Assembly: GCA_913774925.1 (NCBI GenBank)
Contig: CAJYKB010000049.1
Span: 7,496 to 71,495, forward strand
DNA: 64,000 bases
Source: an uncultured Sphingomonas sp.
Lineage (GTDB): Bacteria > Pseudomonadota > Alphaproteobacteria > Sphingomonadales > Sphingomonadaceae
Reading direction: 5' to 3'
The position numbers were made by a program, and so were the translations under genes. Below, in pieces: positions 31,669-42,481 of the stretch. The number at the start of each line of letters is the position of its first letter. The stretch's first letter is position 1. Under the pieces are notes generated by a model. That model searched no databases, had not been told where the DNA came from, and saw nothing but the letters and a program-made list of their open reading frames with translations.

Positions 31669-31695
31669 GGACCCCGGCTCAGGGCCGGGGTGACG
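31669..31695. repeat. Single CGTC-tagged REP arm
   Basis: GGACCCCGGCTCAGGGCCGGGGTGACG between ispH and thrB. Confidence 0.7.
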
Positions 31696-31701
31696 GAGGG
31701 C

Positions 31702-32664
31702 TCAGGCGGCGGCGTCGAGCCCGCGCGGCAGCTTGAAGGCGATCGTCTCGCGCGTGGTTTCCTCCTCGCGCTCGATCACGTCGAAGCGGGTGGCGAGCAG
31801 GTCGACCAGCTCGCGCACCAGCAGCTCGGGCGCGCTGGCGCCTGCGGTGATCCCCAGCGTGCCGACGCCATCGAGGAACGACCAGTCGAGCTCTGCCGCG
31901 CGCTGGATCAGCGCGGCGCGCACGCCCTGCCGCTCGGCGACCTCGACCAGCCGGACCGAGTTGGACGAATTGGGCGCGCCGATCACCAGCACCGCGTCGC
32001 ACGCCGACGCGATCGCCTTCACCGCGGCCTGGCGGTTGGAGGTGGCGTAGCAGATGTCCTCGCCACGCGGCGCCTGCACCAGCGGGAAGCGCGCCTGCAG
32101 CGCGGCGACGATCGCGGCGGTATCGTCGACGGACAGCGTGGTCTGCGTCAGGAAGGCGAGGTTGGCCTCGTCCGGGACAGCCAGCGTCGCGACGTCCTCC
32201 ACCGTCTCCACCAGCGACATCGCGCCCGCGGGCACCTGGCCGAAAGTGCCGATCACCTCCGGATGGCCGGCATGGCCGATGAAGACGATGTGGCGCCCCG
32301 CCGCGACCAGCCGCTCGGCCTGTCGATGAACCTTGGAGACGAGCGGGCAGGTGGCGTCGAGATAGTCGAGCCCGCGGTCCTGCGCCGCGGCGGGGACCGA
32401 TTTGGGCACGCCATGCGCGGAAAAGACGACGGGCGCGCCATCGGGCACCTCGTCCAGTTCCTCGACGAAGACCGCACCCTTCGCCTTCAGCGCGTCGACG
32501 ACGAATTTGTTGTGGACGATCTCGTGCCGGACGAAGACGGGCGCGCCGTGCTTCTCGATAGCCAGTTCGACGATGCGGATCGCGCGGTCCACCCCGGCGC
32601 AGAAGCCGCGCGGTGCGGCGATCAGCAGTTCCAGCGGGCGGCGGTCGGATGCGGGGTCGGCCAT
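31702..32664 (-). CDS. ispH: 4-hydroxy-3-methylbut-2-enyl diphosphate reductase
   Basis: [39 protein letters not shown]. Confidence 0.97.
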   Translation of the reverse strand: MADPASDRRPLELLIAAPRGFCAGVDRAIRIVELAIEKHGAPVFVRHEIVHNKFVVDALKAKGAVFVEELDEVPDGAPVVFSAHGVPKSVPAAAQDRGLDYLDATCPLVSKVHRQAERLVAAGRHIVFIGHAGHPEVIGTFGQVPAGAMSLVETVEDVATLAVPDEANLAFLTQTTLSVDDTAAIVAALQARFPLVQAPRGEDICYATSNRQAAVKAIASACDAVLVIGAPNSSNSVRLVEVAERQGVRAALIQRAAELDWSFLDGVGTLGITAGASAPELLVRELVDLLATRFDVIEREEETTRETIAFKLPRGLDAAA

Positions 32665-32788
32665 GGCGCAGCGCTTACGCGAATGCTTGCCGCGGCGATA
32701 GTCGGTTCCTATGGTGGCGCGGCGTGACGGGGCCGTCATCGGCCAGCGTGCCGGGCGGCCCCGTATCGCGTGTGCCCAATTGTCCGGG

Positions 32789-33460
32789 ATGCCTACGTTG
32801 ATCGCTCGCCCGCCTGTTCCCGCCATGCTTGCTGCCGCCCCGTTCGCCCTGCTGCTGATCGCGGGGTGCGCCAAGAGCGGCGACATCGACGTGTCGCAGG
32901 GGGTGGGGATCACCGCGGTGCGCACCGCCTGCCCGACCGTGGGGGTGCCCGCGGGGACCGGCGACGTGACGCTGTTCGACCCGCCCGCCAGCCGCGACGC
33001 GAGTGCGATCGACATGACCGCCGCGATCAGCAACGTGCGCTCGACCTGCGACGATCAGGGTACGGACGTGGTGACGCGGGTGACGTTCGACGTGCGGGCG
33101 CGCCGCGCGCGCACCGATGGCGCGCGCGACGTGACGCTGCCCTATTTCATCGCGATCACGCGCGGCGGCAGCGAGGTGGTGGCCAAGCGGCTGGGTCAGG
33201 TGCAGCTCCACTTCGACGCGGGCCAGCCGATCGCGACCGCCAGTGCCGAGGCGACCAGCGCGGTCGCGCGCGCCGCCGCGACGGTGCCGCAGGAGGTGCG
33301 CGACCGCCTGACCCGCAAGCGCAAGGCCGGTGACGAGGATGCCGCGACCGACCCGCTCGCCGATCCGGCGGTGCGTCAGGCGGTGCTGTCCGCCTCGTTC
33401 GAGGCGCTGGTGGGGTTCCAGCTGACCGAGGACCAGCTGAAGTATAACGCGACGCGGTGA
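32789..33460 (+). CDS. Putative lipoprotein
   Basis: Lipobox LIAGC; CP motif; TLPYFIAI; C-terminal [14 protein letters not shown]. Confidence 0.7.
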   Translation: MPTLIARPPVPAMLAAAPFALLLIAGCAKSGDIDVSQGVGITAVRTACPTVGVPAGTGDVTLFDPPASRDASAIDMTAAISNVRSTCDDQGTDVVTRVTFDVRARRARTDGARDVTLPYFIAITRGGSEVVAKRLGQVQLHFDAGQPIATASAEATSAVARAAATVPQEVRDRLTRKRKAGDEDAATDPLADPAVRQAVLSASFEALVGFQLTEDQLKYNATR

Positions 33461-33534
33461 GCTTGCCGTCGGGCTGAACCGGCTGCCGGGGAACGGATCG
33501 GTCGGGCAGAGGATACCGCTTCCCCCAGCCACCT

Positions 33535-33630
33535 CGTCACCCCGGACTCGTTCCGGGGTCCACCGTTCCTCGCGCATCACGATGGTGGGATGCGCGGAAC
33601 GGTGGATGCCGGGACAAGCCCGGCATGACG
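33535..33630. repeat. CGTC-tagged REP doublet, family B copy 1
   Basis: CGTCACCCCGGACTCGTTCCGGGGTCCACC...GGTGGATGCCGGGACAAGCCCGGCATGACG. Confidence 0.88.
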
Positions 33631-33651
33631 TAGTGGGGCAGAACGCAATAG

Positions 33652-33728
33652 CCCGTTCGTGCTGAGCGCAGTCGAAGCACGGCCACCAAGGGCGCGCGTA
33701 GCCTTCGACTGCGCTCGGGCCGAACGGG
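33652..33728. repeat. Palindromic element family C copy 1
   Basis: CCCGTTCGTGCTGAGCGCAGTCGAAG...CTTCGACTGCGCTCGGGCCGAACGGG. Confidence 0.8.
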
Positions 33729-33762
33729 GGGCGGGGCGCGAGGCTCCGGCGGGGTGGAAAGC

Positions 33763-35157
33763 TTACCGCCCGGCCTGTGCCTGCGGGCGACCGCCGCCGC
33801 CGCCGCCGCGACGACCACCGCCGCTGCGGCCGCCACCGCCATTGCCGCCGCCACGGCGGCTGGCGTTGGCGTAGTTGCGGTCCTGCGGGCTGCCGGTCGT
33901 CGCGCGCGGGGCGTGGCTGGCCTTCGGGCGCGCGGGCCCACGCTGCTGGCGCGGGCGATCCTCCCGCGGGGCGGGGTCGGCACCGATCGCCTTGACGCGC
34001 TCGGCCTTGATCTTCTCCGCCTGGCGCAGGAAATCATCGGGCAGCGGCGCCACCGCGACCTTCTGCCGCGTCAGCTTCTCGATGTCCTTCAGGTACGGCT
34101 TCTCGTCATCCGCGCAGAAGGCGATCGCCTCGCCGCTGGCGCCCGCGCGCGCGGTGCGGCCGATGCGGTGGACGTACTGCTCCGGCACGTTGGGCAGCTC
34201 GAAGTTGAAGACGTGGCTGACGCCCGACACGTCGATGCCACGCGCGGCGATATCGGTCGCGACCAGCACCTTGACCTCGCCCGACTTGAACGCGGCCAGC
34301 GCGCGCTCGCGCTGCGGCTGGCTCTTGTTGCCGTGGATCGCGACCGCGGCTTGGCCGTTGCCCGCCAGCAGCTTCACGACGCGGTCGGCGCCGTGCTTGG
34401 TGCGGGTGAAGACCAGCGCACGGTCGATCGGCATGTCGCGCAGCATGATCGTCAGCAGCGCCTGCTTCTCGGTCTGATTGCAGAAGATCACCGACTGGTC
34501 GACTCGCTCCGCGGTGGTCGACTGCGGCACGACCGAGACGGTCACCGGATCGGTCAGGAACTGGTCGGCCAGCTGGCGGATCGACGGCGGCATGGTGGCG
34601 GAGAAGAACAGCGTCTGGCGCTTGCGCGGCAGCATCCGCACGATCTTCTTGAGCGCGTGGATGAAGCCCAGGTCGAGCATCTGGTCGGCCTCGTCCAGCA
34701 CCAGGATTTCGATCATCGACAGGTTCAGATAGCCCTGCTCGACCACGTCGATGAGGCGTCCCGGCGTCGCCACCAGGATGTCGACGCCGCGCGCGACGTC
34801 GTTGCGGTTCTTGGCGATGCTGGTGCCGCCGAAGATGGTCGCGACCGACAGCTTGGAAAATTGCGCATAGGCGCGCGCATTGTCGGCGATCTGCCCGGCC
34901 AGCTCGCGCGTGGGCGCCAGCACCAGCATGCGGCAATGCGTCGGCAGCACGCGCTTGTTGGCGGCGACCAGGTTCTGGATCGACGGCAGCACGAATGCGG
35001 CGGTCTTGCCGGTGCCGGTCTGCGCGATGCCGAGCAGGTCGCGCGCCTGGAGCAGCTGCGGAATGCTGTCGCGCTGGATCGGGGTGGGTTCGTTATAGCC
35101 CTTGGCGGCGAGGGCGCGCACCAACGGATCGGCAAGGCCGAGAGAGGCGAAAGGCAT
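33763..35157 (-). CDS. DEAD-box RNA helicase (RhlE-like)
   Basis: AQTGTGKT, PTRELA, DEAD, SAT, ARGID, HRIGRTAR; Gly/Arg-rich tail. Confidence 0.95.
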   Translation of the reverse strand: MPFASLGLADPLVRALAAKGYNEPTPIQRDSIPQLLQARDLLGIAQTGTGKTAAFVLPSIQNLVAANKRVLPTHCRMLVLAPTRELAGQIADNARAYAQFSKLSVATIFGGTSIAKNRNDVARGVDILVATPGRLIDVVEQGYLNLSMIEILVLDEADQMLDLGFIHALKKIVRMLPRKRQTLFFSATMPPSIRQLADQFLTDPVTVSVVPQSTTAERVDQSVIFCNQTEKQALLTIMLRDMPIDRALVFTRTKHGADRVVKLLAGNGQAAVAIHGNKSQPQRERALAAFKSGEVKVLVATDIAARGIDVSGVSHVFNFELPNVPEQYVHRIGRTARAGASGEAIAFCADDEKPYLKDIEKLTRQKVAVAPLPDDFLRQAEKIKAERVKAIGADPAPREDRPRQQRGPARPKASHAPRATTGSPQDRNYANASRRGGGNGGGGRSGGGRRGGGGGGRPQAQAGR

Positions 35158-35317
35158 GAAAAACAATCCTGTACGATGCCGGGCTCGCACGCGGCATGGC
35201 GTACGAGGGGCGGGGGAAAGATGACACCCCGCGTGACTTGGGAAGCCCGTGAAACACTGACCGGGACGGAGCCTAGGCGATAAGCCCGATCACGCTGCCG
35301 ACGTCCCGATACGCGCC

Positions 35318-35346
35318 GATATGAACGCTGCACCGCAACACGTCAA
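35318..35346 (-). promoter_or_regulatory. Putative sigma70 promoter of the helicase gene
   Basis: Minus strand TTGACG-N17-CATATC. Confidence 0.55.
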
Positions 35347-35428
35347 GGTGCGCCAACTATCCTATTGATCGAATACGGTTATTCAGATTGGAGACACCTT
35401 TTGCCCACTATATCGTTGGCACGCTGAG

Positions 35429-37537
35429 ATGACCGAGCCTATCACGACCGATCTACATCGCCGCCATGCCGACGCCCCGAGTGTGGGACGCTGGGACTGG
35501 GACATCCTGTCCGACCGTATCACCGCGGACGCGGGCTTCGCGGCCCTGTATGGCGTGCCCGCCGAGCAGGCTGCGCAGGGCGCGCCGATCGATACCTTCT
35601 TCGCCGGAATCCATCCCGACGATCTGCCGCGGGTCCGCGCCGCGATCACGGAAACGCTGGCGAGCGGGGGCGCCTATGATGCGGAATATCGTGTCATCGG
35701 GCGCGACGGACGGACCCGCTGGCTCGCCGCGCAGGGCCGGATCGATCGCGACGAGAACGGGCGCGCGGTGCATTTCCCCGGCATCAGCTTCGATATCGAC
35801 GCCCGCAAGCGTGCCGAGCTGCGGCTGGCGGCATTGGTCGAGCTGGGCGACCGGCTGCGCCAGCCTGGCGACGCGGGCGATCTGGCGCTGGCCGCCGCCA
35901 CCGTGCTGGGGCGTGCGCTGGACGTCAGCCGCGCGGGGTACGGCACGGTCGACCCGGTCGCGGAAACGATCGTGACCGAGCGCGCCTATTGCCGCGAGGG
36001 GATCGCCGCGCTGCCGCCGATCCTGCACTTTCGCGACTATGGCTCGTATATCGAGGATCTGAAGCACGGCGTAACGGTCGCGATCGCCGATGTGCGCGAG
36101 GACGACCGCACCCGCGATACCGCGGAGGGGCTGCGCCAGCTGTCCGCGATGTCGTTCATCAACATGCCGGTGACCGAACAGGGCGGCTTCGTCGCACTGC
36201 TGTACCTCAACCACGCCGAGCCGCGGCCATGGACGCAGGAGGAGCTGGCCTTCGTCCGCGAGGTGGCGGAGCGGACGCGCGATGCGGTGGAGCGGCGCCG
36301 CGCCGAGACCGGGCTGGCGGCGCTCAATGCGCGGCTGGAGCAGGAGGTGGAGGCGCGCACCGCCGAGCTGATGGTGGCCGAGGAGCATCTGCGCCAGGCG
36401 CAGAAGATGGAGGCGGTCGGCCAGCTGACGGGAGGGCTGGCGCATGATTTTAACAACCTGCTAACCGGCATATCGGGCGCGCTGGAGATGATCCAGGTCC
36501 GCGTGGCGCAGGGGCGGATCGGCGACCTCGACCGCTATGTCACCGCGGCGCAAGGCGCGACGCGGCGCGCGGCGGCGCTGACGCACCGGCTGCTTGCCTT
36601 TTCGCGCCGCCAGACACTCGATCCGCGCCCGACCGACGTCAACCGGCTGGTGCAGGGGATGGAGGATCTGATCCGCCGCACCGTCGGCCCCGCCATCGCG
36701 GTCGAGGTGGTGGGCGCCGCGGGGCTGTGGGATGCGCTGGTCGATGCCAACCAGCTGGAGAATGCGCTGCTCAACCTGTGCATCAACGCGCGCGATGCGA
36801 TGCCGGACGGCGGGCGGATCACGATCGAGACCGCCAATCGCTGGCTTGACGAGCGCGCCGCGCGCGCACGCGATCTGGATGCAGGGCAATATCTGTCCTT
36901 GTGCGTGACCGATACCGGCACCGGGATGACGCCTGAGGTGCAGGCGCGTGCGTTCGACCCCTTCTACACCACCAAGCCGCTGGGTGAGGGGACGGGGCTG
37001 GGGCTGTCGATGATCTACGGCTTCGCGCGCCAGTCGGGTGGGCAGGTGCGGATCTACAGCGAGCCGGGGCAGGGCACGACGCTGTGCATCTACCTGCCGC
37101 GCTATTATGGCGATGCGCCGCCCGAAGAAGCGCCGGCGGTGTCGCTCGACCGCGCGCCGCTTTCGGAAGGGGCGCGGCTGGTGCTGGTGGTCGACGACGA
37201 GCCGACGATCCGGATGCTGGCGATCGAGGTGCTGTCGGAGCTGGGCTACACCACGCTGGAGGCGGGTGACGGCACCGCGGCGCTGCGGCTGCTGGCGACG
37301 GGGGTGCGCCCCGACCTGCTGGTGACCGACGTCGGACTGCCGGGGCAGATGAACGGGCGGCAGGTGGCGGACGCGGCGCTGGCGCTGATCCCCGACCTGC
37401 GCGTGCTGTTCATCACCGGCTATGCCGAGAATGCGGTGATCGGGAACGGGCAGCTGGCGCCCAACATGGCGCTGCTGACGAAGCCGTTCGCGATGGAGGC
37501 GCTCGCGGCGAAGGTTCGCGGGGTGCTGGCGGGGTAG
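35429..37537 (+). CDS. Soluble hybrid histidine kinase (PAS-GAF-HisKA-HATPase-REC)
   Basis: PAS IHPDD..EYRV; GAF; GGLAHDFNNLL; NARDAM, DTGTGM, GTGLGLS; REC TDVGLPG..KPF. Confidence 0.93.
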   Translation: MTEPITTDLHRRHADAPSVGRWDWDILSDRITADAGFAALYGVPAEQAAQGAPIDTFFAGIHPDDLPRVRAAITETLASGGAYDAEYRVIGRDGRTRWLAAQGRIDRDENGRAVHFPGISFDIDARKRAELRLAALVELGDRLRQPGDAGDLALAAATVLGRALDVSRAGYGTVDPVAETIVTERAYCREGIAALPPILHFRDYGSYIEDLKHGVTVAIADVREDDRTRDTAEGLRQLSAMSFINMPVTEQGGFVALLYLNHAEPRPWTQEELAFVREVAERTRDAVERRRAETGLAALNARLEQEVEARTAELMVAEEHLRQAQKMEAVGQLTGGLAHDFNNLLTGISGALEMIQVRVAQGRIGDLDRYVTAAQGATRRAAALTHRLLAFSRRQTLDPRPTDVNRLVQGMEDLIRRTVGPAIAVEVVGAAGLWDALVDANQLENALLNLCINARDAMPDGGRITIETANRWLDERAARARDLDAGQYLSLCVTDTGTGMTPEVQARAFDPFYTTKPLGEGTGLGLSMIYGFARQSGGQVRIYSEPGQGTTLCIYLPRYYGDAPPEEAPAVSLDRAPLSEGARLVLVVDDEPTIRMLAIEVLSELGYTTLEAGDGTAALRLLATGVRPDLLVTDVGLPGQMNGRQVADAALALIPDLRVLFITGYAENAVIGNGQLAPNMALLTKPFAMEALAAKVRGVLAG

Positions 37538-37547
37538 GGCGCAGTGA

Positions 37548-37645
37548 AGCCCCTCCCCCTTGGGGAAGGGGTTGGGGTGGGGGATGAGGCTCGGGCGCGC
37601 TCCCCAACCACCCCACCCCAACCCCTCCCCTGAAGGGGAGGGGCT
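37548..37645. repeat. G/C-tract palindromic element, family D
   Basis: AGCCCCTCCCCCTTGGGGAAGGGGTTGGGGTGGGG...CCCCACCCCAACCCCTCCCCTGAAGGGGAGGGGCT between convergent genes. Confidence 0.85.
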
Positions 37646-37652
37646 AACTAGG

Positions 37653-38927
37653 TCACTTCTCGCGCAACGCCTCGCTGCGCGCCTTCAGCACCGGCTTCAG
37701 CAAATAGCTCAGAACCGTCTTGCGCCCGGTCACGATCTCCACGTCGCACAGCATCCCCGGCGTGATCGGCAGGCGGCGGTCGCCCATCGTCAGGTACGAG
37801 CGATGCGTCTCGACCATGACCGAGAAATACGGCTCGCGCTTGACCTCGTCGTAGATGCTGTCGGGCGATACCTGCACCACGCGCGCGTCTAGCCCGCCGT
37901 AGATCGAGAAGTCGTAGGCGGTGACCTTCACCGTCGCGGCGTCGCCCACCTTGATGAAGGCGATGTCCTTGGGCGTGACGCGCGTCTCGACCAGCAGGCG
38001 GTCGCCGAGCGGCACGACCTCCATGATCTTCTGCCCCGGGTTCAGGAACGCGCCGATCGTCGTCACCTGCACGTCGTTGACGACGCCGGCGAGCGGCGAG
38101 CGGATCTCCGACCGGGCGAGCTTGCCGGTCGCGCCGCGCAGCGATTGGTCGCTGACCGCGATCTTGGCGTTCAGCTGGCTCTGCTCGTTGAGCGCTTCCT
38201 GCCGGAATTGCAGGTTCGCCTCGGACGCCTGCGCCTGCGCCTCGCGCACCGCGGCCATCGAGCGCGAGACGGTCTGCTGCGCCGCCGCCAGCCGCCCGCG
38301 CTGGTCGTTGACGTCGCGCTGCGCCGCGAGCAGTTCAGTCTGCGGCACGATCGACTTGGTGGCGAGCGGGGCGAGCATGTCGACGTTCTTCTGCGCCAGC
38401 CCCACGCTGCTGCGGAGCGAATTGACGGTGGCCTGCGCCTCCGCCAGCTCGCGGCGGCGCTGCTCGATCGCGGAGCCGAGCCCGGAGAGCTTGCTGCGCA
38501 GCGTCGCGGCGCGCAGGTCGGCCAGCTGTGCCTCGCTGTTGCACAGCGCCTGCGGCGTGCCGGGCGGACAATCGGCGCTGCGGCCCGACACCTCGCCCGC
38601 CAGCCGCTCGGAGCGCGCGGCGAGCGACTGGCGCTCGGCCTCGATCTGCCCGCGCGCGGCGGCGGATTCGGTGTCGTCCATGCGGACCAGCAGCTGGCCC
38701 TTCTTCACCTGCTGCCCCGAGCGAACCAGGATCTGACGCACGCTCGATGCCTCCGACGCCTGCACCACCTGCACCTTGCTCGACGGGATCACGCGGCCCT
38801 CGCCACGTGTCACTTCGTCGATGGGGGCGAGCGCAGCCCACAGCAGCAGCAGGAAGAAGCCGACGCCGGTGACGAGGATGATGCGGCGCGTGCCGTCCAG
38901 CGCCTCCCAGCGGTCACGTACGCTCAC
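37653..38927 (-). CDS. Type I secretion membrane fusion protein (HlyD/LapC-like)
   Basis: GTG start overlapping the ABC stop; IDEVTRGEGRVIPS, IRSPLAGVV, AYDFSIYG, PGML, VLSYLLKP. Confidence 0.93.
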   Translation of the reverse strand: MSVRDRWEALDGTRRIILVTGVGFFLLLLWAALAPIDEVTRGEGRVIPSSKVQVVQASEASSVRQILVRSGQQVKKGQLLVRMDDTESAAARGQIEAERQSLAARSERLAGEVSGRSADCPPGTPQALCNSEAQLADLRAATLRSKLSGLGSAIEQRRRELAEAQATVNSLRSSVGLAQKNVDMLAPLATKSIVPQTELLAAQRDVNDQRGRLAAAQQTVSRSMAAVREAQAQASEANLQFRQEALNEQSQLNAKIAVSDQSLRGATGKLARSEIRSPLAGVVNDVQVTTIGAFLNPGQKIMEVVPLGDRLLVETRVTPKDIAFIKVGDAATVKVTAYDFSIYGGLDARVVQVSPDSIYDEVKREPYFSVMVETHRSYLTMGDRRLPITPGMLCDVEIVTGRKTVLSYLLKPVLKARSEALREK

Positions 38928-41068
38928 TTCGGCGCTCCCATCGCGGCGAGTTGCGCCAGCACGGCGTCGCGCGCACCGTCGGCGACGATGCGACCCTGGT
39001 CGATCACGATCAGCCGCTCCACCAGCGCCAGCAGCGCGTGGCGGTGGGTGGAGACGATCACGGTCTGGCCGGGCTGAATCGCGTCGCGCATGCGCTGGAC
39101 GAACAGCGCCTCGCTCGCGGTGTCCATCGCGCCGGTCGGCTCGTCGAGAAACAGAAGCTTCGACGGCGCGGCGAAGGCGCGTGCGAGGACGAGGAAGCTG
39201 CGCTGCCCGCCCGACAGCCGCGCACCGCGCTCGCCCACCAGCAGGTCGAACCCGGCGGCGTCGCGCGCCAGGAAGCTGTCCGCGCCGGCCTTGCGCGTCG
39301 CCTCGATCAGCTGCGCGTCGTCGGCGCCGTTCGCGGCGAGCGTCAGGTTGTCGCGCACCGTCCCGCTGAACAGCTCGGCATCCTGCCCGACATAGCGGAA
39401 CGTCTCGCGAATCGCGTGCGGCTGGTACTGGCGGCTGTCGATGTCGTCGATCAGATAGCTTCCCTCGCCCGGCGCGTGCAGCCCGCACAGCAGCTTGCCG
39501 AGCGTCGACTTGCCCGAGGCGACGCGGCCGATGATCGCGATCCGCTCGCCCGGACGGATCGTCAGCGACACGTCGCTGAGCGAGGCGCGGCTGCTGCCCG
39601 GATAGGCGAACCCGACATGATCGAGAACCAGCGCACCCGCCGCGATCGTTGGCGCGATCGTGCGCGCGCCCTCGCTGCGCTCGTCGGGCTGCTCCATCAT
39701 CCGCTGGAGCGTGGCCATCGTCAGCAACGCCTGGCGCGCGCGCGTCATCAGAAAGGCGAACTGGCCGATCGGCGCCAGCGCGCGGCCTGCGATCATCGCG
39801 ATGCCGATGATCCCGCCCATCGAGATCGTGCCCGCGGAGAAGAGGTAGAAGCCGCCGACCACCAGCCCGATCGTGATCGCCTGCTGGCAGAAGGTGGCGA
39901 GGTTGACGCTGATCGCGGTCAGGCGGCGGAAGCGTTCCTGCGTCATCGCGCTCGACTGCGCGTGGCGGCGCCAGCGACCGAGCATCCGCCCCTCGCCATG
40001 GACCGCCTTCAGCGTCTCCAGCGCGCCGATCGATTCGACCAGCGCCGAGTGTTGCAGCCCCGAATCCGCCTGCGCATCCAGCGCCACGCGTGCCATCGCG
40101 CGCTGAAGCAGCCAGCCCGCGATCAGCATCGCGACGATGCCGACGACCGGGATCAGGACGAGCCACCCCGCCAGCACCGCGATCATGATGAGGAACAGCA
40201 GCAGGAAGCTGATGTCGACGGTCAGCACCACGGTGGTGGAGGCGAAGAAGTCGCGCACCTGCTCGTAATCCGACACGCGCTTGGCGAGCGCGCCGGTGCT
40301 GCCCTGACGCTGCGATAGCGGCAGGTTGAGCAGTTTCTCGAACAGCTTCTGCGACAGCCGCGCATCAAGCCGGCGGCCGACCTCGTCGATCAGCCGCGCG
40401 CGCGCGAGCCGCAGCGTCAGCTCCAGCCCCAGTGCCAGCACCGCACCGATCGCGAGCACCCACAGGCTGGCCGCGGCGCGATTGGGAATGACGCGGTCGT
40501 AGACGTTCATCGTGAACAGCGGGACCGCGAAGCCCAGCAGGTTGATGACCGCGGCGGCGAGCATGACGTACCAGAGCGCGCCGCGCATCTTCCACGCCTC
40601 GCTCCAGAACCAGTGGCGGCGCACCGCGCGGTCCCACGGCCGCTCGGCATCGCGCTCCGCAGTGGGATCGGGGTCGATGCGCACCGCCGCGCCGGTAAGG
40701 AACGGGGCGAGCGCGGCGCGGGGGGTCCAGAACGCCTCGTCGCGACCGGGGACGAAGACCAGCGCGTCCGTCTGCGTGAGTTCCAGCAGCAGGATCGCAC
40801 GGTCGCCGTGGGTAGCGAGCAGCGCGGGCGCGGCGTCGATCGGCCAGCGCGCGAAGGCGCGCGTGACCGGATGCGCGTTCATCCCCAATTGCTCGGCGAC
40901 CGCCTCCACCTGGTGGAAGGGGAGGCGGCTGTCGTCGTCGAGCGCGATCCCGGTCAGGATGCGCGCAGGCGCGGCGGGGCGATCGTGCAGCACCGCCAGG
41001 CGGACCATGCACGCCAGCACCGGATCGCGCTCGCGCGTCCAGTCGCCATACCAGTCGGCGATGCTCAT
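38924..41068 (-). CDS. Type I secretion ABC exporter (LapB/LssB-like)
   Basis: N-terminal C39-like extension; HWFW, PLFTMNVYDRVIPN; Walker A GRVASGKST; LSGGQ; LDEPT. Confidence 0.93.
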   Translation of the reverse strand: MSIADWYGDWTRERDPVLACMVRLAVLHDRPAAPARILTGIALDDDSRLPFHQVEAVAEQLGMNAHPVTRAFARWPIDAAPALLATHGDRAILLLELTQTDALVFVPGRDEAFWTPRAALAPFLTGAAVRIDPDPTAERDAERPWDRAVRRHWFWSEAWKMRGALWYVMLAAAVINLLGFAVPLFTMNVYDRVIPNRAAASLWVLAIGAVLALGLELTLRLARARLIDEVGRRLDARLSQKLFEKLLNLPLSQRQGSTGALAKRVSDYEQVRDFFASTTVVLTVDISFLLLFLIMIAVLAGWLVLIPVVGIVAMLIAGWLLQRAMARVALDAQADSGLQHSALVESIGALETLKAVHGEGRMLGRWRRHAQSSAMTQERFRRLTAISVNLATFCQQAITIGLVVGGFYLFSAGTISMGGIIGIAMIAGRALAPIGQFAFLMTRARQALLTMATLQRMMEQPDERSEGARTIAPTIAAGALVLDHVGFAYPGSSRASLSDVSLTIRPGERIAIIGRVASGKSTLGKLLCGLHAPGEGSYLIDDIDSRQYQPHAIRETFRYVGQDAELFSGTVRDNLTLAANGADDAQLIEATRKAGADSFLARDAAGFDLLVGERGARLSGGQRSFLVLARAFAAPSKLLFLDEPTGAMDTASEALFVQRMRDAIQPGQTVIVSTHRHALLALVERLIVIDQGRIVADGARDAVLAQLAAMGAPK

Positions 41069-41077
41069 CGGACGGGG

Positions 41078-42460
41078 TTACTTGCTGGGATAGCGGCGGT
41101 CCATCAATTCGGCCGGCGGGATCATCGGCACGTCGTAGCGCTTACGCGCGTCGCCGATCGCCGCCTTCTGCGGGTTGACGCCCACCGCCTCGATCAGCTG
41201 GTTGGTGGCGGCCAGCACGCGATATTGCGCGAACAGCTGCGCCAGCCGCGCGGTTTCCGCCTGCACGACGACGTTGTACCGCGTGTTCTGCGCATCCAGC
41301 AGGTCGAGCAGCGAGCGCCGCCCGACGTTGAACTGCTCGCGATACGACAGGATCAGGTCGCCCGAGACGCCGGCCTGCGTATCCAGCTCGCCGACCAGCT
41401 TCGTCTGCTGCTGGAGCCGGTTCCACGACGTGCGCACGTCGTTCTCGGCCTCGCGCTCCATCTGGTGGAGGCGGTAGCGGGCTTCGCTGGCGCGGCGGAC
41501 GTTCTCCTGCACCGCGGCCTGGTTCACGCCGCCGGTGTAGAGGTCCCAGCGCAGCACGACGCGCGCCTGAAGATCGCTGGTATAGCCGCGGAAGCCGTCG
41601 ACATCCTCGCCGTAGCGCGCGCGGCCCTCCAGGTTGACGCGCGGCCCGAGGGCCGCCTTCGCCACGCCCAGCACGCCGTAAGCGGCGTCGACGTCCGCCA
41701 CCGCCTCGCGCACGCGGGGGTTGTCGGTGCGCGCCAGCGCGATCGCCTCCGACAGCGACGGCGGCATCTTCGCGGTGAGTTCGGGCGGCAGCGTGGCGTT
41801 GTCGAGCGTCAGGCCGGTCAGCGTGCGGAAGCTGATCGCGGCATTCTCCAGCTCCTCCTGCGCCTCGGTGCGGCGCGCCATCGCGGATTGCAGCCGCTCC
41901 TGCGCCTGCTGCTGGTCGGCGATGCTGACCGAGCCGCCCTGCACGCCCTGACCCAGGTCGCCTGCCAGCTTCTGATGGAAGGAGACGTTGTCCGCGGCGG
42001 CGGCAAGGATGCGCTGCTGGAGCAGATAGTCGATGTAGCGGCGTGCGACCTCCAGCGCGATGAACTGCGAGCGTTCCTGCACGCGGCTGGCGGCGCCATC
42101 GGTGCGCGCGGCCTGCCGCTGCAATTCCGAGCGGCGGCGGCCTGAATCGAACAGCGTCTGGTCGGCGAACACGCTCGCCTCCCGCGTGGCCAGCGCGTCG
42201 CGATCGGCCTGGATCGCGCGGCGGGTCGGGCTGTCGACGCGGCGCACGCCGCCCGCGGCCTCGACCGAGATGCGCGGGCGCCACAGCCCCTGCGCCTGCT
42301 CGCGCTCGAACTCGATCGCTTCCTTGTTCTGGACCGCCTGGTTGATTTCCGGGTTGCTCTCCATCGCGGTGGCGATGGCGGTGCGCAGGTCGGTGGCACC
42401 CGCGGCGGAGGCGGCGAGGACGGCCGCGATCGCGCCGAGCGACGCGTGAATGATACGCAT
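41078..42460 (-). CDS. TolC-family outer-membrane channel (LapE/AggA-like)
   Basis: Signal peptide; NPEI, QTLFD, YREQFNVGRRSLLDLLDAQN. Confidence 0.93.
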   Translation of the reverse strand: MRIIHASLGAIAAVLAASAAGATDLRTAIATAMESNPEINQAVQNKEAIEFEREQAQGLWRPRISVEAAGGVRRVDSPTRRAIQADRDALATREASVFADQTLFDSGRRRSELQRQAARTDGAASRVQERSQFIALEVARRYIDYLLQQRILAAAADNVSFHQKLAGDLGQGVQGGSVSIADQQQAQERLQSAMARRTEAQEELENAAISFRTLTGLTLDNATLPPELTAKMPPSLSEAIALARTDNPRVREAVADVDAAYGVLGVAKAALGPRVNLEGRARYGEDVDGFRGYTSDLQARVVLRWDLYTGGVNQAAVQENVRRASEARYRLHQMEREAENDVRTSWNRLQQQTKLVGELDTQAGVSGDLILSYREQFNVGRRSLLDLLDAQNTRYNVVVQAETARLAQLFAQYRVLAATNQLIEAVGVNPQKAAIGDARKRYDVPMIPPAELMDRRYPSK

Positions 42461-42481
42461 GAGGTGGCTCCTCCCTTTTTC

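Noticed and set aside
37653-40166. Apparent 837-aa HlyD fusion
   Set aside because: The upstream part is an off-frame overlap with the ABC gene; the real start is GTG 38927, coupled to the ABC stop.
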